DNA of 64,000 bases from Piromyces finnis finn (GCA_002104945.1 MCFH01000054.1:310001-374000), one strand, 5' to 3'; counted from the first letter of the stretch, positions 45,738 through 60,865 are shown. Translations and numbers: made by a program. The notes: generated from the letters alone by a model not told the origin.

Positions 45738-48697
45738 ATGAATAAACTAGAACAAAATAATTATATGGCAAATCTTCAAAGTACAATTGACTTGATAGAA
45801 AAAAGTCAAGCATTAAGATTATCATATGAAGCATTATGTAAAAATAATAAAAATGAAAAAGAAAACATCAATACAAGTAGTCTAAAAAAACAAAATAGTC
45901 AAGAAACTCTATTAAATGAATCATTAAAGAATTTAGATGAATCATCAGAATTAATAAATAAGATAAATATGAATGATAATGATAATATAAATAAAGGTAT
46001 ATCTCTACTGAGTAATTCAAACATTAATCAAGAAAAACAAATAAATGAATTGAAAAGTTTAATAGAAAAACAAAAAAAAGATAATGCTTCAATAAATGAA
46101 CAAAATAATTTCTTAATGATGGAAAATGAAAGATTATTGAATGGGGAGAGACCATTAAGAAAACAAATTAAAAATCTAGCCAATTATTTAAGAGATATAA
46201 GATCAATTAGAGAAGTAAATGATACCAGATATGAACTAGTTCAAAAAAGGTTTTTTGAAAATATCGAAGAACTACTTTCAACTGTAGACGGTTCAATTTA
46301 TGCATTTAAAGGAAGTTTTACGGGACAGAATTTCCCAGGTTTACCATTAATAAAAAAAAAACAAATTGAAAATATAATTGATTTATTAGTAGGCTGTTTT
46401 GCTCATATCCGTTCAGCAGCAGAGAACTATCCCGAGGATGATATATTAGTATTTATAAGTTTATGTGTTAATATTTGTCATAGTCTTTCTCTATGTAGTT
46501 GTCATATTAATAATCTGATGAAAGATATTAATGAAGGAAATGATATTATTAATTCATTAGAAGAAGAAAATATTGCTATGAAAAGTCAGCTTCAATCAAT
46601 GGTAAAAATGAATGAAGATCTTCTTAATAAATATAATAATCTGGAGGAGAAAAACAAATCTTTAGAAGAAAATAAAAATTATATAGAAGAAAAGTATAAA
46701 AATTATATGGAATTGTATAATGAAGAAAAAAATAAAAATGATATGAAAAAAGATTTAATTGAGACAAAAGAAAAAAAAGTTGATAAAGAGATTCAGACTT
46801 GTTCAAGCGATAAAAATAATAATATAGATATAAATATGTATAATGAATTAAATAAAGATTATAAAGCTTTAAATTCAAAATATCAAAATTCAAAAAAAAT
46901 TATTGATAAAATACAAAAAGAATTTAGAAAGAGTACAAAATTAAATATTTTACTAAATAAAAAGCTAAAAAATTATAATGAAGAATGCATGAAATTGAAG
47001 AATTCAAATCAAAATGAAATAAAAAAAAATATCGAATATAAATTAAAGATAAAAGAGTTAAATTGCAAAAATATAGAAATTACAAAATTACTGAATCAAA
47101 GTAATGATTCATTAAAATTAAAAGAAAAAGAAGAAAAAGAAAATGTAATTCAAAAAGAAAACTTGCGTAACGAATCTAAAAATTTAAAAGAAGTATTGAA
47201 AACAGAAATTAAAAAAAACATGAAACAAGTAGATTCCTTGAAGAAAAAATTATTAACGTATGACTCTGAAGTTAATAATTGTAGAGATATTATAAATAAA
47301 CAAAGCAAAGATCTTTTGAATTTAAAAGCATTACTTATTTCTAAAGATAAAACAATTATTGAAACTCAACAAAAATTGTATGATAATTCAAAATATATAT
47401 CCGAAAATATTCAAAGCTATAACGATAAAATTTCAAATTTAACTAAGGAAAATTGTGAATTAAAAGAAAAAGCAGATAAAATTAAGGAGCATAAAGATTT
47501 TTTAGAAAAAACAATGATACATTGGAAAAAAGAAAATGAAAGTTTAAGGAAAAAAATTTCAAAATTATCTATAAATGCAATTTATTCAAAAGATTTCCAG
47601 CGTAGTATGGATGAATTTGAAAAGAAGTTAAAGGAACTATCTTTTGAAAATGAGAAAAAAGAAACTGAACATATTGAATTGATAGATAAAATTAATATGT
47701 TGGAAAGTAGTAATAAAAGTCTAAAAGACATAATAGATAAATATAATGAAAACGAAAAACAAGTTCAAAAAAAGAAAAGTGAAATAATCAATTTAATCAA
47801 TATATATAAATCAATAAAATCGAACTATAAAGATAGTGATAAATCTGAAAAAGATTCTATTTCTTCAGGTTCAACTATTGATGTAAATGATATAGGCTTA
47901 GTTAATGATAAAATTGATGGTACTTATTTTTTAATATATTTAAAAATTAATTATTGCTATATCTAATTATATATATATATATATTATATTTATTATTAAA
48001 ACTAGATGTAAATGACATTTTAAAAAATATTATTGAAGAGTATCATAGTTTAAGAAGCCAAATTTCAGAATGTCAGGATATAAATAAATCAATGGAAAAG
48101 AATTTTTCCGGAATGATTGACGAAAAACAAAGAAATATAAAAGAACAAATACAAAAAACAAAAGAATTGCAAGGAAAAATAGACAAATTAACTAAAGAAA
48201 ATAATGAGTTAAATACTATATTAAATATATACAATGATCAATATATAGAAGTATGTAGAACATTTTTATTATTTTCATTTAGTAGTGATTTTAAGGAAAA
48301 ATTATTTTTAAAACCTGGTTTAAAGAATCATCCTTATCCGTTTAATAAAGATATCCATCAACTTTGTGTTAATTATCAAAACGAATTAGATAATAAGGGA
48401 AAAATCGAAAAAGAGCTTAAAAATATTAAAATTGAGATGAATGACAAAGATATCTTATTAAATGAAAAATTAGAAAAATTAAATATTCTAAATGAGAAAT
48501 ATACAAAATGTCAAGAAGAATATACAACAATAAATGATAAATACAAATCCTTGGAAACAAAATCTTTCTATGATAATAATGAATTAAAAAGACAACTTGA
48601 TGAATTATCAAATAAAAATGAAAAATTGGAATCAACATTGGATGTTATAAAAAAAGGTTATGAACAAATGATAATTAAAGCAATAGATGAAGAATAA
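45738..48697 (+). CDS. Long coiled-coil protein of unknown function, 2 exons, ~957 aa
   Basis: Exons 45738-47919 and 48006-48697 join in frame (2874 nt). K/E/N-rich heptad-like composition, interrupted by a hydrophobic Cys/His-containing segment (approx. aa 160-260). Confidence 0.75.
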
Positions 48698-49177
48698 TTA
48701 AATTTATATAAAATAAAAAGAAAACCAAGAAAAAAAAATAATTGTAAATTTTTATGTATTATTATTGATAAAACAATATACCCATACTACATCGAAAATT
48801 TAAAAATAATAATGTTTTATAAAAATAAAAATTATCTATTAAATATCAAAAGCAATTTCTTAATTTAACATAATTTAATAGTAATTACTTATTTATTTAT
48901 AAATTAATTTATATAAATTATTATATATAGAATATATTTTTTTATTTAATATATTTTATTATAAAAAATATTATATTTTTCTTTAAATGATAGAATTAAA
49001 CAAAATGTTTTCCTTACATTTATTAATAATAATTTATAAATTTTTTTTTATTAATAATAATTTATAAATTTTTATAGAAATAATTTCATTATTATATAAT
49101 TATTAAGTTATGAATTATTATGAGATTATTTTAGTTTGGTATTTTAAGAAAAAGGTTATGGTTTATATAATAGCTTA

Positions 49178-50292
49178 TTAAAATTCTAATATAGGAGCAC
49201 CAATATCTTCAATTCTAGCAATAGTACATTTAAGATTGAATACCTTACTTAATACAATTTTGAATAATTTTTGAACATTAATTGAATGAGAAGTTGAACA
49301 GAATACTAATGATGCTTTCATTGCTTTTGCATATTTTCTTGCCTATTTTTGATTTATGACCATTATATTAAAGATATTTATTAATTGCAATTATTTAAAT
49401 AAAAGTAATAATTATAGTTATTCAAAAATATATTTTATTAATACTTGATTTGTTATTTCTTCTTGTTCCTCTGGAGAAAGTATAGCAAATTGATCGTATT
49501 TTGTTCCAATTAAAAATGGAATGGCGGTCTTTTTTTTTATTTAATTTAAATATTTTATTAATGGTCGAACAAAATAATATAATTCGAAGATTTATAATTT
49601 TTTTTAATTTAAAATTATTATTACTTTATTAAATCCTCTCGCTTGTCTATACCATTCCTTAATACTATTTAATGTAGATTTTCTTGATAAATCAAACATA
49701 AATAACAATGCAACTGCATCATTACAAACTAATGGTAACATATTAACAAATTCTCTTTGACCTTTAAATATTTAAAATTGAAATAATTTTCTTCATTTAA
49801 TATTTTTTGTTCTTTTTAAAATGATTTGATATATATTGATATTTTATCATAATATTAACCTCCAAGATCCCAGATACTAAAAGTGATACCAGTATTTCTA
49901 ATCATAATTGTTTTTTCCATAAAGTTTACACCTTTTTTTTATTAAATTGATTAATAATTTTAATTAATTTATATACTATATTCTATATTCTCTTTTAATT
50001 TATTACCGAGAGTTTGAATATAATCTTCATCAAATGAACCTTCAACATATTTAACCATTAAACTTGTTTTTCCAATTTGACTATCTCCAACCATACCAAC
50101 TTTGACAACAACACTTTTTTTTTAATCGTTTTCAATATTAAGAAATATTTAGTTAAAATATTTAATAGTTATATGATAAAATTTTCGAAAGATTAAAAAT
50201 ATTTTTTTTTACCTATTGTTATTGCCACTTGTTCCTTCCTTATTTTCATTTTCTTGAATTGGGTCTGATTGTTGAGGTATATTGTCAGCCAT
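49178..50292 (-). CDS. SPG1: Septum-promoting GTP-binding protein Spg1/Tem1 (SIN/MEN GTPase), 6 exons
   Basis: [101 protein letters not shown]-terminal IGAPILEF*. This is near-canonical Spg1. Confidence 0.97.
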
Positions 50293-51079
50293 TTTTATAT
50301 TATATTAGTATTTTATAATAAAAGTATTTAAAATATATCTATAATATATAATTTCTTATTAAAAATATGAAATATATCTTAAATATTACTTTTTTTTTTT
50401 AAAAAAATTTTTATTTCTTTAATTTTTTAAAATTATATATTTACTATAAAATTTAAATACCATTATAAAAACATTATTAAATAAAATTATAGCATTTTGT
50501 GTGTATTTAAAGAATTTAAATATAATTTTAAAACTAAAATTTAAATAATTAAAAATATTAAAGTTTAGAAATACACTAATTGTAAATAGCCAATTTATTA
50601 TGATTATTCATTAATTACTTCATAAAGTTTACAACTATATTCAATATTATTTTTAATATATAATAATAGTTAAATATAGAATATTGTAGTATCCTGTAAA
50701 AATTTGAGAAAAAGTATTATTGATATTGATATTGTGTTATATGATTAATAATAAGAAAAAATAATTAAAAACTTATAAAATTTTTTAATGTAATTAATAA
50801 ATAAATTATGCATCTTAATTTTTTTTTAATAATTAATATTAAATAAATAATAATAATAAAGTATAATTATAATAATTATATACTTTTTTTTTAAAGATGA
50901 AAAATAAAGATTAAAAAGAAAAAGAGAATTATATTTTATATAAATTATTTTTTATAATATGTGTAATATGTAATATTTCATTAACCTGATATACATAATT
51001 ATTATAATATATTGAATTGAAAAATATTTATTACTATCCTATTCTTTATTATTCATATAAATAATAAAGGTTTACCATA

Positions 51080-54000
51080 ATGGTCTTTAATGAAATATCA
51101 TATTTAATTAATGATTTTCCATACCCACCTTCATATCTTCCAAGACCATTAATACATGAAAAATGTTTAGATAATCCTATACATGATCCAAATTTGTTTG
51201 ATAAAACAGTATCAGAATATTTCTCATCTGTAATGGAAAATGAAAAGAACGATAATGATATGATAAGAATGGAAATTAATGTTAACCCAGTTAGTAGAGG
51301 TAAAGTACAAGAAAAGTCTAGTTTAAGAAAAGAATTAAGTTTTAATGAATCAGTAGATTCATTCAACAAATCAAATGTTAATATTCATGCTGAAAGTTGT
51401 GGTTCTATAGTTAGTCATATTGAAAAATCACAATCAGTAGTTGTATTTCCACTTGAAAAAATTAAATTATTTCATAGTACAAACGAAATTCAACTATATA
51501 TGAAAGATAAGCAAAATAATGTATACTCAATGAATAAACGTCTTTCTATATCTAATCCTACAATACATGATAAAGGCATTTTGAGAAACTCTTTACAAAA
51601 AATAAAATTTAATAAGAGTAAGAGTATGAATAATATAAAGAATAGTAATGGTAATAACTTTAGTAAGGAACCATTTAAACATGAACGTTCATTATTAAAA
51701 GAATTAAGTACAGATTTTAAAAAATTCTTCGGATATCATAAAGATGAATCAATAAGCTTTTTATCAAGTAAAAATAGTTCATATATTGATGATAATATTG
51801 AAATAATTAAAATTGAAAATAATAATAATGTAAACATTCTTAACGACGATAAAGAACATCAAAATAATATTAATGATAGTTTAAATAAAAATATGAAACA
51901 TGAAAAAAGTGTAAATCATGAGGTATCAAAAGTATTGGATAACAATGGAAATTATAATTATAATAATGATAATAGTAAAAAGAATAGTAATAACAATATC
52001 AATGAATCAACGTCATATGAAAAAAGTGAAAAGAATGAAATAAATAAATTAAATAATGAAAAACAAAAAATCAATCAAGAAACAAAATATAATATGTATG
52101 ATGGAAATAATTCTAATAGCCAAAATGAATCTGATAACAATTATAGTAATTCATCATTATCAGAAATTGAAGAGTGTCAGACGTCAAATAAGATTGAAGC
52201 CACACGAAATTCAATACTAAAGAATAAAAGCAAATCCATTACACTTTTGGCACCAATTGCGTCTATTTCTTTAGAAGGAAAAAAGAATAAAATAGGAACT
52301 GATGATGATAATTCAACAGAAAAGCGTAATAATCAAAGAAAAAATAATCAAACTAATGAATATAGTAAAGAATATATAAGGCAAATATCATGTCAACGTA
52401 TTGATCGTTATAGATTAAATGGAGGATTAGTTCGAGATCGTATTCAAAGATATAAAAGTAATGAAGCGTTAATGAATAAGCCAATTAAGTTATCCTCTAA
52501 TACAAGCAGTATTACTAATGATGAATCAAATAAATCGTTAAATAGCGTTACAAATAGTAAAGACGATGTAACAAATAAAAAATTAAAATTAAATTATTCT
52601 AGTTCGGATAATCCATTATTTGAAATATTTAAAAGTAATGATGATATTATAAGGGAAAGGATTACGGTATTGAATATGTCAACACACATAAATTCTTCAC
52701 CAAATAGTTTTTCACAGTTACAAGATGAAAGAATTAATCGAGAAAATGATTTATTAGAAAATTTAGAGCTTTTACATCAAGGTATTTTGGGGACTATACC
52801 AGATAATAAAAAGGAAAAATTAAAAGAATTTCTATTATGTTTAACAGATGAAAATATTGATAATTATCAAAAGCAAATACATGAAGAATGTAATTATAAT
52901 TATATTTATATAATGATTTTATATACTCATATAATCATATATAATTCTAGAAAAATAATTCAATATTTCACAATTAATATTATATAAAATAATCAATAGT
53001 ATTTTAATTTTATTTTTAATTATAAATTTTGAAATATAAATAAAAATAGATGATAAACGACAAAAATTAAATAATATAGAAAATAAACCTATTATGGTAC
53101 ACATATAGACTATATATATACAATATAATTATATTACATCTTAGATACTAATAAAATATTACCATTTAATTGAAATATGCTTTAATTATAGCTAAATAAA
53201 TATTATATAAATTTCGGAAATTCAAAAAAAAAAATACCAATTGAAGAGGAAGTTTGTGATACTTTAACAATCGAGTCAAAAGGTAAAAATAAAGCAATAA
53301 ATATATAATGCAATCAAATATAACATTTATATTTACTATTATATATTTAATTATTTAGGTTTTCATGCAAAATATTTATTCTATTATGAAAATAAGGATA
53401 GTAATTTTACATTAAAAATTTCACCAATGTCGGGTTTATTAACAAAAACTGAAACCCAAAATATATCATTTTCATTGACATGTAAAACAACCATGAATAA
53501 AAAAATAATAATTCCATTACGTATAGAAGGTATATTATATAATTTAAATAATTATTCTGCTTTTTATTTTTAAAAAAAAATAAAAATAATTCTTTTTGAG
53601 AGAATTTTTAGTTATAATTATTAATATTATTAAATATTTTTATTTTTATTAGATAAATATCATTTCATAATCATGAAAATAAGAAGTCAGAATTCATGTT
53701 TTGGTGTAAATATTAAGAATTGTGATATGGAATCTGATACAATATTTTCATCTCACCAATATAATATTCCTAAAATTTTAAAAGTATATATAAAATAATT
53801 CTTTTATTATATTATTATTAATATATTACGAATAATGTGATTTAACAAAATTCAAATAATATTTTTTTTTAAAAAAAAAACTAGATGTATAGAAAAATAT
53901 TAATATCAAATAATGCTTATCAAAAAGGAAAAGTAATATTTGAAGGTCAACCAGATGAAAATGAAGTTATAGAAATAAAAAAACAAATAATAAATAATGA

Positions 54001-54674
54001 ATCAATTATTACAATAGATATACATTGTATAGCCTATCTTTTTAAAAATTGGTTTTATGAGGTATATTTATAAATTATTAATTAGTTATTATTATAATAA
54101 CTCTTTGTTAAACATAAAAAACTTCTTTTTTTTTTTGAAATTCTAATTAGTTACCTAGAAAGCTATTATATCAAATAAACCAACAAATGCTATTAGAGAA
54201 TAAAAATTTTGATGAATATAGTGATAAAATTACTGGTTTAGAAAGAGTGTAATTTTTATATTTATAATTAGTTTTTAAAAAATATATATCAATTAATTAT
54301 AATTATAATAATATTATATAATATCTTTCATTTAAATAGTGTATTTTCATGGTTGATTGATTGTTTTGTGGAAATACAAAAATACCTTCCTAATAAAGAT
54401 GATATTAAAAGCATAAGTAAATAACCAAATAAAAATTTTTATATAATTTATTAAATAATTATTTAAAAGTAGTGAAAAGAAATAATGCTTAAAATTTAAA
54501 ATTTATTGATTGATTTATAATTTTTTTAATAAATTAAAAGTAAAAGCTTTTGTACCAGGTCTATATAATATACCTTGTGAAGAAAATAAGGAAAATAATA
54601 AAACATATATTAATAATCTTGAATTATTTATTAATTATTTTGTGGATAAAAGAAGAGAAGAATTACACCTTTAA
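51080..54674 (+). CDS. Long low-complexity N-terminus + Ig/MSP-like segment + degenerate RhoGAP domain, 9 exons, ~911 aa
   Basis: Exons 51080-52889, 53050-53096, 53192-53282, 53359-53529, 53653-53783, 53885-54061, 54151-54248, 54340-54416, 54541-54674 (2736 nt, in frame). RhoGAP-like order of motifs: FGVNI, IPKIL, KVIFE, IDIHCIAYLFKNWFYELP, SWLID, NK...AFVPGL. Confidence 0.72.
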
Positions 54675-55459
54675 ATTTTATACAATAAATAATATAAAAA
54701 AAAAATAATTTCAAAAAAAAAAAAAAAAAAAAAAAAAAACAGTAGCAATAAGTTACTCTAACATTTATATATACCATACCATATACCATTTTTTGCTTTT
54801 TTTTTTTTTATTACCTATAAGGATTAATATAATAATAGATAGACATAATATTTAAATATATTATTATGATAGATAAAAAAAATAACAACTTTTTTATGCT
54901 TATAAAAGAAACTATTAAAAAAAAAAAAAAAATAAATAAAGTCAATAATAAATAGATAATTAACTATATTTAGTTACTATATTTAATTAGTAAAATAATA
55001 ATAATAAATATATAATAATAATAATGTATTATCATATGTTAATATTATTAATAAAAAAAAAAAAAAAAAAAAAATAGAATATAGATGTAGACTTTTATAA
55101 CAATACTATCTACTTTAATATATTTAATTCAAATTAATCTTAACAATGTCAATGTTCTTAAAAATTATTTAAAAAGTTTGAATATATATATATATATATT
55201 TATATATAATTATTTATTAATTATTTATATATAAGTATTTAATGCGGTTGTACAAATGATTCTATTTGATTTTAAATATAAAAGATAAAAACAAGGAATA
55301 AAATGGAATAAAAAAAAAATAACTAAATTTATGACTAGAAAGTTATTAATAATTTAGATAAAATATATATATATAAAACAACCAATTTTTTTTAATAAAT
55401 ATATTTATTTATTTTTAAAATAGTTGTTTTTTTAATTAACACTTATTTACTAAAGTAAT

Positions 55460-56117
55460 TTATGCAACTTTTCTTTTCTTTAAAGCTGGTTCACTAGAAG
55501 TTTTTTGTGCTTCTTCTTCTTCCTTAATAACTTCAATCTTATTTCTAATTTCATCATCAATTTCATTCAATTCTTCATCATTCATCTTATTAGCGTTTTG
55601 TGATTCAACAGAAATTCCTGGAACGAATGGTTTGACTAATTTCATTGATAACTTTGAGGAAATACCACCAACACCAGTTTCTTCAATTGATATTTGAACA
55701 GTAATTCTATCAAAAATCTTAAAAGTACAATATTCTGATACTAATTTGTTTTCTTTAGCATCATATGTAAATATTTGTTTTGAAACATTCTTTGTATTTG
55801 GTTCTGAATAAATAATACTTTCTATACCATATCTATTTAAAATTAAAATAAGTAATGATTAATTTTTTTTCTTTATTTACTATATAAATATAAATTCAAT
55901 TTTTGTAAAAAAAAAAAAAAATTACCTTGGAATTAAAGCAATAAAACCATTCTTAAGAATTCTAATAATGAAACCTTCTTCTTCAACAACTCTATCTTTA
56001 AAGTATAAATTGGTAAACAATTCAACAGAACTTCTTGAAGCTTGTTGAGCCATTCTATGTCTAAAGTTTAATACTATATGAAAAATTATAAAATTAAAAA
56101 TGTATTTAATTATACCA

Positions 56118-56160
<43 letters not shown>

Positions 56161-56748
56161 TTTAAAATTAATAGTGATACTTACCATCACAAATCTTTTG
56201 AATCTTTATTTTATCAATAATATCAGTTGAATAACCTTCTCCATAATTAATTGCGGCAGCTAATAATCTATGAACAATTACATCAGAATAACGACGAATT
56301 GGTGAGGTGAAGTGAGTATAGATTTCAGTAGCTAAACCATAATGCCAGAAGTCTTTTTCGGAAACAGTACCTGAACTAAAGTAAACAGCTTGCATCATAC
56401 ATCTAGTGGTCATAATTCTAATAAGTTTATTAAAGTATGGTTGACCAGGTACCTAAAAATATGGAAAATAATATATATTTTTATTTTAATTTTATTTTTT
56501 TTTTATTTATTTTAATAAATCTATATTATAAAATAAATTACAATAGCCTTATCAAGAGAGTCAGCCAATTCTTTGGATGAAGAGCAATTTAGTTTAACAC
56601 CAACACTTTCAGCAGCAGCTATTAATACATCGAAATTGTTTTGTGGTGGAGTAGGGTGACGTCTATTATTAAGTATATTATAATATATTTTAATAAATAT
56701 TATTATTACATTATTATTATTATCATTATTATTACATTATTATTATTA

Positions 56749-56800
<52 letters not shown>

Positions 56801-59800
56801 TATTAAATATTAATATATTCATACCTTAATAAAGAAGATTCTGGGTATTTACTATGAATTTTTTTAGCAACAGAAATATTGGCGAGTAACATAAATTCTT
56901 CGACAAGAGCATTGGTTTCTTTTAATTCCTTCATTTCTACATCTACTGGATCTTGAGAATCGTTTTCTAAATTGAATCTTACTTCTGGTGAAGCTAAAGT
57001 TAATGCACCAGCATCCAATCTCTTCTTTTTTAATTTTTTCGCTAAACCATTTAATATTCTAATACTCTTTGTAATATTATCATTCATACGCCTTTATTAA
57101 ATATAATATTAGGTTATAAAAATTAATTAAAAAGTTCATAATTAAAAAATATATAATTATAATTATATTAAAATTATAATATATATATAATATAAATTTA
57201 TTTATTTTTAATATGAAATATCTTTTTTCGAAATACTTACTTATCATCATTTCTATTTTGTGCTTCTTCATAAGTTAAGGAAGCTTTAGAACGAATAACA
57301 CTCTTAGTGAAGTAAACATTAACAATTTCAGCATCAGGAGTTAATTCCCAAATACAAGAGAAAGCAAGACGGTCAACATTTGATCTTAATGAACATAAGT
57401 TTGTACCAAGAAGTTCTGGTAACATATCAATACGTTTATCAACCAAATAAACTGTAGTACCTCTCTTAGCAGCTTCTCTATCCATAGCAGTGCTTGGTCT
57501 AACAAAGTGAGTAACATCAGCAATATCTAAATATGATAATAAAAAAAATTAATAAATATAAATTATTAAGAGGTATTACTAACTTTATTGAAATAACAAT
57601 TACAACAATATTAATGGTAAAAAAAAAAAAATTTATTTATATATTTATTTTAATAATATAATATATAAAATGTATATATTTGTAAATATTCGTAATACTT
57701 ACGGACACCAACTTCATAGTTTCCATTTTCCAAAGGTCTAACGTGAAGAGCATCATCAATATCAGTACAACCTGGAGGATCAATACTACATATATCAAGA
57801 TCACGAAGATCTTTTCTTTTACTTAATTCTTCTTCAGAAATAGTAAAGTTTTCACCTTCTGGAGGTAAGTCATTCAAAACTTGTTGTGAGAATGGCATGT
57901 AAGGAACATCATGTTCTAATAATAAAACTTCAGTTTCAGTATTACGATCACCAATATCACCAAGATCACGAACAAAGTGACCAAATGGATATCTTTAAAA
58001 AATAAAAAAAGGTTTTTTTAAAAATATGGAAATAGAGTTTAAAAATGAATAAATTTTATATATGTATATTAAATTATTATTACTATTATCACATAAATTA
58101 TGTTAATACTTACAATGAGTTTTTACTCCATGAATCAATAGCGACAACAATTCTCTTTCCCATTAATGCTTCAGCTTGTCTTGTTCTAATTCTAATTTTT
58201 GGAATACGTCTATCCATTGAAATTACTAAAATATTTTGAGTAGCATTATGATTTGTAGTTTTTTGAACAGTGTTCTTATCAATAGAACCACAATATCTAT
58301 TTAATTAGGTATATAAAGTTAATTGTTTAAAAATAATTAACCGTATAAGTTACAATATTATTTTACTGATATATATTATTATTTATATATAACTATCAAT
58401 TTATACTTACTGTCTATAATGCTTTTTAATGATACCAACGACTTTACCAGTTGGAATTGGCTTTTCGGTGTAAGAAACTTCTTCGTTTTCTTTTTCTTCT
58501 GACTTTTCATTACCATCCTTCATAGTTTCATCTTCATTATTTTTTTCTTCTTCTTCTTCTTCTTCTTTTTCATCATCTATTATAATTAATTTATATATAC
58601 AAGTATAGAATTATTAACATAAATTTGTTAATTATTTTTTAAACAAAAAAATATTAAAAAAGGTATTATTATTTTACCATTGGAAATAATTTTTGAAGCA
58701 TTGGTTTTCCATTCTTCCTTTGGTAAAAGTTTTACGGCAACTGTATCACCTTGAATAGCACGATTTAAACTACCTCTTCCAGAAATAAGGATTTGTGTTT
58801 CTTCACCATCAATATTAGCCATAATAGTACCTTCTAAATAATTATGCATACTAATATTTATACTTCCTTGATATAATAAACCAGCCTTTAAACCACCCGA
58901 AATTTGTACTGGAGTCATATGCTATAATTGGATCGATTTTTTTCATTTTTAAATTTTATCATATTTGAAATAAAAAAAATATTTATAAGTTTATGCATTA
59001 TTCATATTTAATTATTACATTATTTTCATTTAATAATTCAAAAAAAAAAAGTTTTTTTTTCTTGTTATATTACTTCTTCATAGGTGAATTTTTTATCATT
59101 GGTGTCATCTTCAGATGGATAAACTACCATATCCATTAGTTCTGGATAATCATCAATTTGTTCAACATATTCAGCCACTTTATCATTTACAGAGAAAATA
59201 AATGATTTTTAAATTAACATTATTTTAATAATTATTATGAGATTTAAAATTACACTTTTATGAAAATTCATTTATTTTCATTATATATTTAATTTAAAAT
59301 AATTACTTGAACAAGCTTTTATTCCTTCTTGTTGAGCCTTTACTCTATTATCTTTATCATCTGAAATTAAAAGGACAGTAATTTGACCATTTGGATGTGT
59401 TTTTAAATGAATATTATACCACAAAGTAGCAGTTCTTATAGCTTTTTATTATAGTAATTGAAATATTTTAAGCATAGGTGAGAAATACAAATTTTAATAA
59501 ACATTAAATTTTATATTCAGTATAAAAAAGTAATATAATTATTTAATATCTTACCTCTATCATTTCTATCATTCATAGTTTCATCCTTTAAACGTTCAAT
59601 AGCAGTATGTCTTTTAATATTAAAAATAAAATTATTTAATATAATAATATAAAAATTTTATTATAAATAACATTTTATCTCTTTTTATTATTTTTGAATA
59701 TTTCTTCTTTATACCTATTATGTTCATTGGAAAATAGGTAGAAATGTTTTGGAACTTCTTCCAACAAAGTTTTTATTCTATTATAGATTTGAAGAGATCT

Positions 59801-60865
59801 TCCTCTAACTTCATCAAGTACGGTTTGTAAAACAATTACATTAGTAAATGCTACATGTTCCATAATATCGATCTATTAGAGTTTGTTTTTATATGGTGAT
59901 TATTAAATAAATAATAAAAATGCGTATAAATTAATACAAAATGTGATGAAATTCTGATTTATATTAAATTTCATATTTAAAAATGAGAGAAATTTATAAT
60001 TTGTATTTTTTGAAATATATTTATGTATAGTTGATATAACAATTTATTTTATTAGATTGTTTGAAATTATTGTTAGTTGTTATTATATTATTAAATTTTA
60101 TTAGATTTCATTTATATAATATCATTAATATCGAGATAATTTTTTTAGAAATTGACATTGCAAAATGAATAAATTTTTTTTTATTTTATTTTTATTTTTA
60201 AGAAAATAAAATTAGATGAGATTTCGAATTACAATCCTTAATTCCTAATGATTACTTTAAAATATTTCCTTTTTATTTTTGTTTTATTATATTCTAATCC
60301 AAAGTTTAATAATGTTAAAAATTTCAATTGTCATGGAAATTCTCATTGTCATATATATCTAATTTAATGTTTTTACTATATAGTATATTAAAATATATAA
60401 ATTTTATAAAAAAAATATTTACTTGATGTAAGAATATATTGGTATCTGGTATAATGAGTTGAGGAAATTCTGATAATTTTGTTTTTCTTGGATTACAAGA
60501 TAAATGAATTTTTTCTTGTTTACATTTTTCACAACCTTCTACTGAACACCAAATATCATCACGAAGGTCTTTTTTCCCGTATTTTATTATTTATTTATTG
60601 TTATATATATGTATATTAAAATTTATTTCAATTAATATATTATATAAGAAATTAAGATTTCCAAAATTTCATTTCATTTTTTTTTTTTTCGAACAATAGT
60701 TTTATAAATTAAAAAATATAAATATTTATAAAAATTAATGTTAATATTTAAATATATAGAAATAGATAATAATTTTAAAATTATAATGAAATTACAATGT
60801 TCCTTGATAACTTTTATAACATTTCCTTTTCTTGTACGTTTAACAAAAGTTCTTGACTTTAACAT
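55460..60865 (-). CDS. DIS3: Exosome catalytic subunit Dis3/Rrp44 (PIN + CSD + RNB + S1), multi-exon
   Basis: Start [31 protein letters not shown]; PIN motifs [27 protein letters not shown]; RNB motifs [46 protein letters not shown]. All exons join in frame via GT-AG. Confidence 0.98.
56701..56800. repeat. (ATT)n microsatellite in a DIS3 intron
   Basis: Imperfect then perfect ATT array inside the intron between ~56665 and ~56824. Confidence 0.9.

Noticed and set aside
49178-54674. Head-to-head GTPase (SPG1) and GAP-fold gene as a cognate pair
   Set aside because: Spg1/Tem1 is regulated by the TBC-type Cdc16/Bub2-Byr4/Bfa1 GAP, not by RhoGAP folds. The adjacency is probably coincidental.
59944-59957. 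TGATGA...CTGA (C/D-box-like) in the longest DIS3 intron
   Set aside because: The boxes are only 4 nt apart and antisense to the host gene, so they cannot form a C/D snoRNA.
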